The notes: a model not told the origin generated them from the letters alone. Counted from the stretch's first letter, positions 46,810-56,736 are shown. The stretch: DNA of 64,000 bases from an uncultured Oscillospiraceae bacterium (GCA_964495255.1 CAZBVC010000004.1:953-64952), one strand, 5' to 3'. Numbers and translations: made by a program.

Positions 46810-47832
46810 ATGGAAACGAAACCGATCATACAGTCCGACATGCACGCTTTCTTGAAACCCAAAGCGAACCACGCGATTCTGATCGCCGTCTGCGCCGTGC
46901 TTTTGCTCGCCTCCGTCGCCGCCGCCATTGTCGGCGCGAGAGCGGAAACGCCCGCGTCCGTTCGCTTTTCATCCGACCTGCCGAGCGGGACGTACGTCTA
47001 TTCCGACGTGCTGCTGCTCACCGAATGGGTCTACCGCGTCACGGGCGACACGAGCTACACCTTCTATGAGCTGATGGACGATCAGGGCGATTGGCACGTC
47101 GTCTCCCTCGACAAATCGGACTTGACCAAGCTGAGCGCGCAAATTGAGGCCTGCGCGCTGCTGACCGACAGCACCACGGCGGACGACCTGCCAAAGCCCG
47201 TGCGTCTTTACGGCATGACCCGCTCGATCAAGTCCGACGACCTGGCCGCCATGGCGGAGGGCTACGGCATTACGAACGCGGAATATGAGGATTTCTTCGG
47301 GCGCTGCTATCTTGCCGAGGGCGCGGAGCCGACCAACGACCTGAGCACCTTCGGGCTGCTCGGCGCCTTGTTCTTCGGCATATTCCTGCTCATCGCGCTG
47401 ATTCTGTTCGCTTCGGAGAAGAAAACCCGCAGGATCTGCGCAAACCGTCTCTACGCCCGTGGGGAGGAGCAGCTTGCAGAGAGCGAGTTTTCCGACCCCG
47501 ACAACACCGTTTACGAAAAGGCGAAGCTCGTGTTTTCCAAGCATTTTATATACGGCGGTACGACCGGCGCGGTGATTTCCTACGAGGATATCGGCTGGCT
47601 GTTTCGGCATGTGACGCGCACCAACGGCATTCAGACGAGCGTCGAGCTCAACGCGAGCCTGATCAACGGCACGGCGGTTTCCCTCGCGCGAAAGGGCGTA
47701 ACGGATATGCTCGTCGGCGACGCGATGCAGCTCATCGGCGGCAAAAACCCGAACGCGCTTTTGGGATATTCGAACGAGAACCGCAAAGCGTATCGCGCGC
47801 GCGTAAAGGAATGGAAGGCGCAGAACCGGTAA
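46810..47832 (+). CDS. Hypothetical two-TM membrane protein, 340 aa.
   Basis: TM segments at about aa 22-44 and about aa 190-212. GGGGGG SD. No recognised motif. Confidence 0.6.
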   Translation: METKPIIQSDMHAFLKPKANHAILIAVCAVLLLASVAAAIVGARAETPASVRFSSDLPSGTYVYSDVLLLTEWVYRVTGDTSYTFYELMDDQGDWHVVSLDKSDLTKLSAQIEACALLTDSTTADDLPKPVRLYGMTRSIKSDDLAAMAEGYGITNAEYEDFFGRCYLAEGAEPTNDLSTFGLLGALFFGIFLLIALILFASEKKTRRICANRLYARGEEQLAESEFSDPDNTVYEKAKLVFSKHFIYGGTTGAVISYEDIGWLFRHVTRTNGIQTSVELNASLINGTAVSLARKGVTDMLVGDAMQLIGGKNPNALLGYSNENRKAYRARVKEWKAQNR

Positions 47833-47853
47833 GCGCAAAGGCGAAATCCTTCT

Positions 47854-48726
47854 TTACGCGAGGATCTCGGCGAAGAACGCTTCGCTCGTTTTCCCGCTCG
47901 GGCGATTGTAGCGGCAAAGCGAAAAAAGGCATCCCGCGTCCCCGACGACGAGCGTGCTGACGCCCTCTCGGCAGGAAAGCGACGCCGAAAAACCCATCTC
48001 GATCAAAAGCGCGCGGCTGTTTTCCCCGATCTGTCCGAACGGATAGGTATAGGTTGTCGGCGTCACGCCCACGCGCGAGGTAAGCTCTTGTTGCGTGCGC
48101 GCCGTGTCCTCGCAAAACGCGCGCGCGTAGCTTTCTTCGCTTTCGCCGCGCATACGCGAGCTGCCCATGCGTCCGCTTTGCCCATGCATATCGTAAGAAT
48201 GGTTCTGTATTTCGAAGCGATCGCTGAGATAAAGCTGCCTGATCTCGTCCCACGATAGGTACGCATAGTTCGGGTTGGGATCGGGCGCATCGGTAAACCG
48301 CTGCGCATACGCGCCGACGATCGAGATCACCGCGCGGCAGTCATAGGCGACCAAAAGCGGCAAAACATAGGTGAGGTTGTTCAAATGCCCGTCGTCAAAC
48401 GTCAATACCACGGGCTTTTCGGGCAGATCGCCCACGCCGCGGACAAAGCGGATCAAATCGCCCATAACGACCGTTTCATACCCCGCGTCCAGCAGATAGC
48501 GGATGTCGCTTTCCAGCGTGTCGGGCGAAAGAACGTATCGGTTCGCGCGCGAAGCGTCCTTCAGGATGCTGTGATACATGAGGATGAGCACCTCGCGCGT
48601 TTCATGCGGGGCGTTATGCGCGAAGGCGCTCTCATCCGCAAATACGCTCGGCTTGCGCGCCGCGCACGAGAGCGCAAAAAAGCAGAGGAAAAGCGCGGCA
48701 ACGGCGCAAAGAAGACGTTTCGTCAT
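47854..48726 (-). CDS. Polysaccharide deacetylase family lipoprotein.
   Basis: Lipobox FFALSC and the NodB-type motif VLTFDDGH. Confidence 0.8.
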   Translation of the reverse strand: MTKRLLCAVAALFLCFFALSCAARKPSVFADESAFAHNAPHETREVLILMYHSILKDASRANRYVLSPDTLESDIRYLLDAGYETVVMGDLIRFVRGVGDLPEKPVVLTFDDGHLNNLTYVLPLLVAYDCRAVISIVGAYAQRFTDAPDPNPNYAYLSWDEIRQLYLSDRFEIQNHSYDMHGQSGRMGSSRMRGESEESYARAFCEDTARTQQELTSRVGVTPTTYTYPFGQIGENSRALLIEMGFSASLSCREGVSTLVVGDAGCLFSLCRYNRPSGKTSEAFFAEILA

Positions 48727-48759
48727 GCCTTACCGTATGCGCGCTCCCTTGCGGAAATG

Positions 48760-48971
48760 TCTCGCTTTTCTTTTTTGCGTCGCGTGGCAAATAAAGTTCT
48801 TTTGCTTCTTCTCTTACGGGCGTTTCTCGCTTTTCGCGTTTGCGTCGCGTGGCAAATAAAGTTCTTTTGCTTCTTTTCTTACAAGAAAAGAAGAGGAAAA
48901 AGAGGTCAAGCCGCAAAGCTCGACCCCTTTTGCATCGTATGGAAAATAAAGTCCTTTTCTTCTTCTCTTGC
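48760..48971. repeat. Tandem repeat array: two near-identical ~58-bp units with a 65-bp period, plus a degenerate third copy, interleaved with polypyrimidine/polypurine hairpins.
   Basis: The identical 35-mer TGCGTCGCGTGGCAAATAAAGTTCTTTTGCTTCTT occurs at 48776-48810 and 48841-48875. A degenerate copy lies at 48931-48971. The hairpin CTTCTTTTCT/AGAAAAGAAG is at 48870-48893. Confidence 0.85.
48897..48931 (-). terminator. Intrinsic terminator after the DUF4956 gene, embedded in the repeat array.
   Basis: On the minus strand: GGGGTCGAGC-tttgcg-GCTTGACCTC (8 of 10 bp) followed by T5. T4 on the plus side as well. Confidence 0.55.
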
Positions 48972-48995
48972 GAGAAAAGAAGCAGTACGCATCCC

Positions 48996-49688
48996 CTAGG
49001 AGAGCAGATCCCCCTGATGCGCAACAAGCGTTGCGTCGAACACGCCGGGCACGCGCAGGAACTTGTCGACAAAGTCCGTTTCGGAATCGCGGATGCGAAG
49101 CTCGATCGTCAGCTCGATGCCGTCGCGCTGAACGGTTTTGCTCTTGACGTGCGCCTTGGGAAGCTGACGCACAAGCCCTTTGATCTGCTGGCTCGCGCGC
49201 TCGTCAAAATGCAGAATGAGCAGATACGGCATGGCGTTGTTGCCCTTGATGGACGTAATCACGATCATGATCACGCCGATGACCAGCGCGCCGATCAAGC
49301 CCACGTCCACGAAGCCCGCGCCTAGCGCAAGCCCCTCGCCGACCGCCCAGAACATGAACACCGTGTCGATGGGGTCTTTGATCGCGGTACGAAAGCGCAC
49401 GATGGAGAGCGCGCCGACCATGCCGAGCGACAGCGTCAGGTTGGATGAAATCAGCATGATAACGAGCGAGGAGACCATCGTGAGCATGATGAGGCTCAGG
49501 TTGAACGCGCGCGAATAGACCACGCCCGCGAACGTCTTCTTATAGACGAAATACAGCCAAGCGCCGATGATTAAGGCGATAACCAGCGTAAGCACGACTT
49601 GCAGGGGGTTGAGCGTGCTGGAAAACAGATCGCCCAGGTTAAACGCGGTCGCAAGCGGATCGCTCGCCGCAAACAGAATGGGATTCAT
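48996..49688 (-). CDS. DUF4956-family membrane protein.
   Basis: GALSIVRFRTAIKDPIDTVFMFWAVGEGLALGAG signature. AAGGAGGA SD. Confidence 0.8.
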   Translation of the reverse strand: MNPILFAASDPLATAFNLGDLFSSTLNPLQVVLTLVIALIIGAWLYFVYKKTFAGVVYSRAFNLSLIMLTMVSSLVIMLISSNLTLSLGMVGALSIVRFRTAIKDPIDTVFMFWAVGEGLALGAGFVDVGLIGALVIGVIMIVITSIKGNNAMPYLLILHFDERASQQIKGLVRQLPKAHVKSKTVQRDGIELTIELRIRDSETDFVDKFLRVPGVFDATLVAHQGDLLS

Positions 49689-49734
49689 GGCAGTTCCTCC
49701 TTATAGTAAAGCGTCGTAAAACAAACCGTTCGGG

Positions 49735-50448
49735 TTAAAACTCGTATTGCCTGCAAAACACATACTTGCTCGCCGCCGTATGCTGGCAGGCGTCAAGCTG
49801 CACAAGCTCCTGCACATACAGAGGCAGGCTCTCGTTGAACTTGACCTCCAATATCATGCAGTTTTTCAGGTTCCATACGGGATACGTCGGCAGATCGGGC
49901 GAAAACAGATCCGTTTGCCGCATGGCGGTTCGGATGTTTTTGTCGAACGTCACGCGCACGTCCTGATAGGGAAACACATACGGCTCGCGCGTATAGTCGA
50001 CGATGACCTTCGGGCGCATATGCCGCGAAACGAATATGCCGTAAAACTGCTTCGCGTAAGGCTCCTCGCGTTTGAGCAGGCAGGCATAATCGCCGGAAAC
50101 GATCGCGTCGCACTCCGCGCGGGAAAGCGACACGCTGTCCTTCTTGATATACGGCCCCTCCTTATGCTTGCGTTCGAGCTTGATCGCCGCGTCGGAGAGG
50201 TTATAGATACGAATGCGGAACTTGTCGCGTGAGTTGACGCCGTCCGCCTTTTCGGATACCGCCGTATCGAACGGATCGTCGAAATACAGGCTGCGAATGA
50301 AGTATTCGCCGCCGTTTTTGCCCGCGTAATAGTCCTGCTTCAAGCACGCTTTCAGGCGCGCAGACAACAGGCGATGCTCGCCCTCGGTAATGATGTATTT
50401 CAGTTCGTGTCGGTACGCCTTGCCGACAAGGGTTTTTTCCTTTGCCAT
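49735..50448 (-). CDS. VTC-domain (polyphosphate polymerase / triphosphate tunnel fold) protein.
   Basis: YRHELKYII...IRSLYFDD pattern; 237 aa. Confidence 0.8.
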   Translation of the reverse strand: MAKEKTLVGKAYRHELKYIITEGEHRLLSARLKACLKQDYYAGKNGGEYFIRSLYFDDPFDTAVSEKADGVNSRDKFRIRIYNLSDAAIKLERKHKEGPYIKKDSVSLSRAECDAIVSGDYACLLKREEPYAKQFYGIFVSRHMRPKVIVDYTREPYVFPYQDVRVTFDKNIRTAMRQTDLFSPDLPTYPVWNLKNCMILEVKFNESLPLYVQELVQLDACQHTAASKYVFCRQYEF

Positions 50449-50454
50449 TTGTGC

Positions 50455-53400
50455 CTATTCCGTCAGCGTTGTTTTGCGCCCGAAGATGGAAATCATCTCG
50501 TTGTCGCTCAAGCTGAAATAATTCTGAACGTATTTGAGGCAGTAATTCTGATAATTGCGCGCGTAATCGCGGATGTTATCGCAATGCTGTCCCCATGATT
50601 TATACCCGATTGCGTTCCAAATGTCAACGTCAAACACCATTTCGTCCTTGATCGCGTTTTGACATTCGTCCACGCGCGCCAGTATCTTTTCGGGCGTATA
50701 GACCTCGTTGAGCATGAGCGCGACCTTCTCGAGAAACAGCGCGCGGAACGACGCGTTCTGCAACAGCGCGCGCGAGAGCTTCGTCGAGGTCGATTTGCCC
50801 GCGCCGTGCCCGTCGGGATGGAAATACTTCGTGAAGAAGTCGCGGCGGTAACCGACCGTCGAGCCGAGCCCGTTGTCGTCGTTTCGGTTCATCGCCCAGC
50901 AGAAGTCGTAAAACAGCCAGCGCCATTTATTATCCGTCGCGGGCGAGCGCCAATACTTGATGTTGCCCGTGTCCGTGTTGCCGACGACGATTTCCGCCGC
51001 GCAATAGGTCGCGAAGTTTTCAACGTCCATAAGCGAGCAGATATAATCGTAATTTGAGGCGCTCGAAAGATCATGCTCGTCCGCCCAGGTCACCATGGCG
51101 GTATAATCCTTCCAGCCGTTGCCCGAAATGACGCATTTCTCGTTGCCGTTGCCCATCAGGATGTCGATGGTCTCCGGGTTGCCGATGTTGTAATGCGAGG
51201 CGATGAAATACTTCGTGATCTTCTCGCGCAGGTTGTATACGCCCCAGTATTTGCCGTTGATATATACGACCACCTGCCGATACGCCTGCACATAAATGTC
51301 CTGCTCTGGGGAAAGCCCGAGATCCGCGTCCTCCAGAAGCGAGGTAATCACGATGTCGCGGATGCGGCTTTGGGTCGCGTCCTGCGCGCTCGGGCGCAAA
51401 ATGAGGGACTGATACGAGCCGATGGAGCGTGAGGAGAAAAATTCATGCTCGAATGCCGTGCTGCCGTAGCCCGCGCGGGCGATGAGCGACAGCCCCTTTT
51501 GCTCCTTGTTGCGCGAAAACGCGCCGAATATGCGGATCACGCAGTCCGCGTCGTATTCGTATGCGCCCGTTTCGTCGATCACGTCAAAATGCACGTCCCG
51601 CTCCCAGTTGCGCGCGAGCGGATCGGGATGAGAGATGGGCTGTGCGTTGAAATTTGCAAGGTTCCAATTCGGATCCGCCATGCCCGTTGTGATGGTCAGA
51701 TCGCTCGGCGACTGATCCGTGTTCTTTTCGGCAAAATCGTTGCCGACCACATAGATGCCGATATCGCCGTCCCAAAAATTCTTCGGGTCGGTCACAAGGC
51801 TGATGATCGAAAGCGAGGTTTGGTGGTTTTGCACGCTTTCGGCGCCCGTATAGATGATATAGCTCGCGGTGACGACGTCGCTTGCCTCCTCGCCGCTGCG
51901 AAACGCACGCGCGCGCAGCACCGTGATATCCGAAAACGTCAGTGCGCCTGCATACTGCTTGGAGCTTTGCGTGGGCTCCGTGCCGTCGGTCGTGTAGGTA
52001 ACCGTGCAGCCGTCGGGTACCAGGATCGATACGCTTTGCGCGCCGTCGTAGCTGCCCGAAGGCAGGGAAAACTGCGGCTTTTCCGTATACCGCACAAAGC
52101 CCGCGCTGTTTGCCGCGTTGGGCGTCGGCGTCGCAAAATAAAGAAGCTGCCCGTTCGAGCGCCCGTAGCTGACGTCCGTATGCGCCTTTGGCACTTGCAG
52201 CTTATCCACGATCGCGCCGTCCGGCGAAAACAAAAGCACCACCTCGCCGTCTGCGGAGAGGGCAAAGTTGGTTTCTAGATTATTTTTTTTTTGCGCGTCG
52301 GAAACGTTTTTCCCCGACGCCAGAACGGTGAGGTATTCGCCCGCGTCGATCGTAATATCGGGAAAGACCCATTTGGCGGGGTTCTTCGCGTTGTTGCTCA
52401 GCGCGTATCCGTTCAGCGAGATCGGCGAAGACGAGCCGTTGTGGATCTCGATCCAGTCGTAATACGCGCCGTCGGGCTGTTTCAGCGTAGAATTGTTCGC
52501 GTTGAGCGCCTCGGAGATCGTCAGGTCGCCCTTGCCGTAGGAAAGCGTCGCCATAAACGCATCAAGCCCCGCAGTGTTGTTCGTATAGCCGGGCGTGGGC
52601 TGCGACGTCGTCGCAAAATCGCCCGTACCGTCGGGCACGCGCGCCCAGCTCACGTCGCTCTGCGCGCGGGAATAGTCGTATTGATCGAGGATCCTGCCGG
52701 CGGGCGTGGAAAACACGACGCTCTCTTGATAGGAGGCAAGTCCGAACGGCGCTTCGATCGCGGCTTGTCCCTCGGGCGTTTCGCGCCCCGTGCAGTAGAT
52801 GAGCAGCACGCCGTAGGCGGGTATCCTCGTGCCCGCGGGCAGCGTGTATTTCAGCGGCTGCGTGGCGGAATCCGATATGCCGCAGCCCGACAGGTCGATT
52901 TCCCCGCCCGTTGCGTTGTAAAGCTCGATCCAGTCGCAATAGGAGCCGTCCGGGCCGACCAGCGTGGAGACGTTGCTCGGCATAAACTCGTTGATCGTTA
53001 CGCCGATCTGTTCCGACGCGGCGGCGGAAAGCGTGGCAAGATATTGACTTGCGCCCTCGTCCGTATTCGGATAGCCGGGGCTGGGCAGCGTCTCGACCCA
53101 CTGGGTATTGTCCGACGCGCTGCGCGAGAGCGTATATCCGCTCGTCACGGCGCGGAGCTGTACGCTGTCCACAACCGTGCCCGAAACGGTGGAAAGGATC
53201 ACCTCGTCCGAAGCGGAGAGCTTGAACGCCGCGTGCATCCTGCCGCGCGTTGCGTCGCCGCTGCAAAACACGACGATATAGCCGTTCGCCTCGATGACCG
53301 ATCCGCTCGGAAACGTCCATTTTGCCGCAGAGAGCAGATCGTCCGAAAGACCGTAGCCGGAAATATCAACGGCGGAATCCGTGCGGTTATGCAGCTCGAT

Positions 53401-53610
53401 CCAGTCGGGAAAGCCGCCCGTCTCGTCGGGCACGGAGCCCTTGTTGCTGGTCATGATCTCGCTGACCTCGACAACCGCGCCGCTCTCGCCCGAGGATGAA
53501 ATTCTGCCTCCGTTTTTCAAATAAAGGATCAGCGCGATGATAAGCACCAAGGCAAGCGCAAGGATCAGCGTCCTTTTCGCGCCGCGCGCCCTCCTTCGTC
53601 TGTTTGCCAT
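50455..53610 (-). CDS. CotH kinase-family protein with an N-terminal signal anchor, three lamin-tail domains and a chitobiase/Fn3-like module.
   Basis: DWIELHN, DWIELYN and DWIEIHN mark the lamin-tail repeats. The C-terminal CotH region contains YINGKYWGVYNLREK and GNTDTGNIKYW. ATG 53610. Confidence 0.85.
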   Translation of the reverse strand: MANRRRRARGAKRTLILALALVLIIALILYLKNGGRISSSGESGAVVEVSEIMTSNKGSVPDETGGFPDWIELHNRTDSAVDISGYGLSDDLLSAAKWTFPSGSVIEANGYIVVFCSGDATRGRMHAAFKLSASDEVILSTVSGTVVDSVQLRAVTSGYTLSRSASDNTQWVETLPSPGYPNTDEGASQYLATLSAAASEQIGVTINEFMPSNVSTLVGPDGSYCDWIELYNATGGEIDLSGCGISDSATQPLKYTLPAGTRIPAYGVLLIYCTGRETPEGQAAIEAPFGLASYQESVVFSTPAGRILDQYDYSRAQSDVSWARVPDGTGDFATTSQPTPGYTNNTAGLDAFMATLSYGKGDLTISEALNANNSTLKQPDGAYYDWIEIHNGSSSPISLNGYALSNNAKNPAKWVFPDITIDAGEYLTVLASGKNVSDAQKKNNLETNFALSADGEVVLLFSPDGAIVDKLQVPKAHTDVSYGRSNGQLLYFATPTPNAANSAGFVRYTEKPQFSLPSGSYDGAQSVSILVPDGCTVTYTTDGTEPTQSSKQYAGALTFSDITVLRARAFRSGEEASDVVTASYIIYTGAESVQNHQTSLSIISLVTDPKNFWDGDIGIYVVGNDFAEKNTDQSPSDLTITTGMADPNWNLANFNAQPISHPDPLARNWERDVHFDVIDETGAYEYDADCVIRIFGAFSRNKEQKGLSLIARAGYGSTAFEHEFFSSRSIGSYQSLILRPSAQDATQSRIRDIVITSLLEDADLGLSPEQDIYVQAYRQVVVYINGKYWGVYNLREKITKYFIASHYNIGNPETIDILMGNGNEKCVISGNGWKDYTAMVTWADEHDLSSASNYDYICSLMDVENFATYCAAEIVVGNTDTGNIKYWRSPATDNKWRWLFYDFCWAMNRNDDNGLGSTVGYRRDFFTKYFHPDGHGAGKSTSTKLSRALLQNASFRALFLEKVALMLNEVYTPEKILARVDECQNAIKDEMVFDVDIWNAIGYKSWGQHCDNIRDYARNYQNYCLKYVQNYFSLSDNEMISIFGRKTTLTE

Positions 53611-53751
53611 GAACCGTTTGCTCCTTCCGCGTTTTACTGCGGCAAGGCGCAGCACAACGCAACGTACAGTTTACCATACGAGCCGCGCCCCTGCCACCAA
53701 ATCGCGGGATTATTCACAATTTATCCGTAATATGGGACGATTTGTCGCGTC

Positions 53752-54207
53752 CTATGCAAGCGTCAGAATCGCCGTGACGGCTGCGATACCGAGAAACAGA
53801 ACGCCGATTCCGCCGAACACATACACGAACACGCGGGTGATGCGCGGTTCGCCCTCGACCAAAAACGTGTTCGGATTTTGCGGGTCGTACCGCACGCGCA
53901 CGCTTTGCCCCTCGACATAGCGCGTGCTTGTCGAGCTGACGCGCGAAGGGCGCACAAGCGTTTGCTCCCCCACGCGGAAGGAGAACACGGGCAAAAGCGC
54001 CATAGAGCCCTGCCGCCGTTCAAGCGCCTTTACCTCGCCGTCGGCGTACGCCGTGCAGAGCGATTCCCGCTTTTTTTCGGCGACGGCAAACCCGATCCCG
54101 ACGCAAAGAAACACGAGCCCCACAAGCGCGAACGTGCCGCCGAAGATAGCGCCGAACAGCAACGCGTCCCGCGCCGACGAAAAACCGGAAAACGAACGAA
54201 CCATCAT
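53752..54207 (-). CDS. DUF3592-like membrane protein.
   Basis: A TM segment, then a beta-rich core (VRVRYDPQNP), then a second TM segment; 151 aa. Confidence 0.65.
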   Translation of the reverse strand: MMVRSFSGFSSARDALLFGAIFGGTFALVGLVFLCVGIGFAVAEKKRESLCTAYADGEVKALERRQGSMALLPVFSFRVGEQTLVRPSRVSSTSTRYVEGQSVRVRYDPQNPNTFLVEGEPRITRVFVYVFGGIGVLFLGIAAVTAILTLA

Positions 54208-54307
54208 GTTTCAATCCACGGCTTTTGCAGAATGAAAAGCATCCTTTCTTTTCTTTCGGAATTGCGGCTGATTTTGCGCGGCAAAACGGGCTTGGAAGAC
54301 GCGCCTT

Positions 54308-55660
54308 TCAAACTTTTTCTTCCTCACGCTTGCCCGCGCGATGCGCATGATTCTCCTTGATCTTTGCCTCCTGCCCCTGCTCGGACGGGATATAGTACCG
54401 TTTCCCTTTGAGCGAGGGCGGCATATAGTCCTGCTCGACCCAATGCCCGGGGTAATCATGCGGATATTTATAGCCTTTGCCGTATCCAAGCCGCGCGGCG
54501 CCCGCAAAGCTGGTGTCCCGCAGATGCAGCGGCACGGGCTCGTCAAAGCTGCTTTCCGCATCCGCCATGGCCGCGTCCTTGGCGCAGACCACGCTGTTGG
54601 ATTTGGGAGATTCGCAGATGAATATAATCGCCTGCACGAGCGAAAGCCCCGCTTCGGGCATACCGATATGATCGAGCGCCTGCGCCGCCGCAACCGCTTG
54701 CAGCATCGCCTGCGGACTCGCCAGCCCGACGTCCTCGCTCGCGTGCGCAATGAGCCGCCGCGCGATGATGCGCGGATCCACGCCCGCGTAGATAAGCCGC
54801 GCAAACCACGCGATCGCCGCGTCCGCGTCGCCGCCGCGCAGGCTCTTGCAAAACGCGGACAGCATATCGTAAAAAAGCTGTTCGTCGCACTTGACGACCT
54901 TCTTCTGACCCGATTCCGCCGCGACCTCGCGCGTAATATGGATGACGCCGTCCGCGTTTGGCGGCGTGGTCAAAGCGGCAAGCTCCAAGGCGTTCAGCGC
55001 GTTGCGGCAGTCCCCGTTGGCAATGGCGGAAAGCGTATGCAGCGCCTCGTCGTCCAAAAGGATGTTCATCTTGCCCAGGCCGCGTTCCCCGTCGCGCAAA
55101 GCGGCTTGCAGCGCGCGCTCCACATCCGCCGACGTGAGCGGGTAAAACTGGAACACACGGCAGCGCGACACGATGGCGCTCGTCATGGCGATCATGGGGT
55201 TCTCCGTCGTGGAGCCGATGAAGCGGATCGTGCCCTTTTCGAGCGCGGGCAAAAGCGAATCGGACTGCGCCTTGCTCCAACGATGGCACTCGTCCAGCAG
55301 CAGATAGGTCGGCCGGCGATAGAGCGCGAGCCGATTCTCCGCCTCCTCGACGAGCGCGCGCAGCTCCTTCACGCCCGCGGACACGGCGTTGAGCTTGACG
55401 AACGCGCCGCCCGTGGTCTGTGCGATCACGGATGCGAGCGTGGTCTTGCCCGTGCCCGGCGGCCCGAAGAAGATCGAAGACTGCAAGCGGTCGGAAAGAA
55501 TGGCGCGGCGAAGCAGCTTGCCCTCGCCCACGATATGCTCCTGCCCGATGAACTCGTCCAGCGAGCGGGGGCGCATACGGTCGGCAAGCGGCGCGCCTTC
55601 GTCGATATTCTGCGAAAAAAGATGCTGCTCCATATCAGGAATTATAGCATCTTTTCGCAT
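54308..55660 (-). CDS. rarA: Replication-associated recombination protein A (AAA+ ATPase).
   Basis: Walker A GPPGTGKTT, Walker B LLLDECHRW, and the MgsA C-terminal pattern. The start is ATG 55660 or 55633. Confidence 0.9.
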   Translation of the reverse strand: MRKDAIIPDMEQHLFSQNIDEGAPLADRMRPRSLDEFIGQEHIVGEGKLLRRAILSDRLQSSIFFGPPGTGKTTLASVIAQTTGGAFVKLNAVSAGVKELRALVEEAENRLALYRRPTYLLLDECHRWSKAQSDSLLPALEKGTIRFIGSTTENPMIAMTSAIVSRCRVFQFYPLTSADVERALQAALRDGERGLGKMNILLDDEALHTLSAIANGDCRNALNALELAALTTPPNADGVIHITREVAAESGQKKVVKCDEQLFYDMLSAFCKSLRGGDADAAIAWFARLIYAGVDPRIIARRLIAHASEDVGLASPQAMLQAVAAAQALDHIGMPEAGLSLVQAIIFICESPKSNSVVCAKDAAMADAESSFDEPVPLHLRDTSFAGAARLGYGKGYKYPHDYPGHWVEQDYMPPSLKGKRYYIPSEQGQEAKIKENHAHRAGKREEEKV

Positions 55661-55710
55661 CGTAAAAAAGCCTATTGTGCCGATGAATCGGGGTGCATTA
55701 AAAAATCGGG

Positions 55711-56736
55711 TCAGTTTTGGCGCTTATAGGAGCTTCCGCCGGAAAAGCCGCCCTCCGAGCAATACAACAGTTCCTGCACGGTTACGAGCTGATATCCGTC
55801 CTCAACCAAGCGCTTGACGATGTTGTCCACCGCGTCGCGCGTCGGCTTTCGCAAATCATGCAGCAGAATAATATCGCCGTCCTCGAGCGCTTTGTCGTCC
55901 TCGCTGTCATGGAACACGTTGCGCTCGATGCGCTCGGCGCTGTCCAGGCGATAGTCATGCGTCGAATGGTTCCAGAAAATCAACGCAACGTCCATCTGCC
56001 GCGCGAGCGCCTTGACGTTCGCATCGGAATTTCCCTTTGGCGGACGCACGGTTTTGATCTCGTAACCGCAGACGGTCTTTACCGTGTCGATCGACTGCTG
56101 AATCGCCTTGCGCGCGCCCTCGGTCGATATTTTGGTCAGGTCGCTGTGCTCCCAGGTATGACTGCCGATCTCGCAGCCCAAGCCCGCCATGCGCTTTAAG
56201 AGATCCTCGCAGCCCGCTATGCGCGAGCCGACGACAAAGAACGTCGCGCGCGCGTTGTATTGTTCGAGCACGTCCAAAATGTGATCCGTTACGCCGCGCG
56301 TTGGCCCGTCGTCAAACGTCAATGCGACCATGGGCTTATCCGGGTCGATCTGCATCTGCTGCATCCGCAAAAGCGCGTCCTGCTCGGTTTGGCACACGCC
56401 GTTTTCCAGCATCAATCGCACGAGATTGGCGCAGCGCGCCTCATACCACGCTTCCTTGATGGTCAATTCGGGCGTCGGCATGGGCGTCGGGGTCGGGACG
56501 GGCGTCGGCGTCATGGGCGGCTCGGTCGGGCGAAACGGCGTCGGCGTCGGCTGTAAGATAAAATCGACGACCTCGGGCGCCTGCGTCGGCGCAAGCTCGG
56601 GCGCGGCGGCAACGGCGCTCGGCACGCTCGTCGCGCATCCGCCGAGGCAGCAGACCAAAAGAGCGAGCGTCAAAAGCACGCAGAGAACGCCTTTCGGTGT
56701 TCCGCGCCGTTTCCGTTCGCTTTCGTTTTGCTTCAT
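55711..56736 (-). CDS. Polysaccharide deacetylase (NodB homology) lipoprotein with a Pro/Thr-rich linker.
   Basis: Lipobox CLGGC, a PTPTPxPTP linker, and VALTFDDGP...ARATFFVVG. Confidence 0.85.
   Translation of the reverse strand: MKQNESERKRRGTPKGVLCVLLTLALLVCCLGGCATSVPSAVAAAPELAPTQAPEVVDFILQPTPTPFRPTEPPMTPTPVPTPTPMPTPELTIKEAWYEARCANLVRLMLENGVCQTEQDALLRMQQMQIDPDKPMVALTFDDGPTRGVTDHILDVLEQYNARATFFVVGSRIAGCEDLLKRMAGLGCEIGSHTWEHSDLTKISTEGARKAIQQSIDTVKTVCGYEIKTVRPPKGNSDANVKALARQMDVALIFWNHSTHDYRLDSAERIERNVFHDSEDDKALEDGDIILLHDLRKPTRDAVDNIVKRLVEDGYQLVTVQELLYCSEGGFSGGSSYKRQN

Noticed and set aside
48760-48971. Possible CRISPR array.
   Set aside because: There are only two or three copies. The repeats are not separated by unique spacers of uniform length. 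There are no cas genes in the window, and the unit contains polyPy/polyPu hairpins unlike CRISPR repeats.
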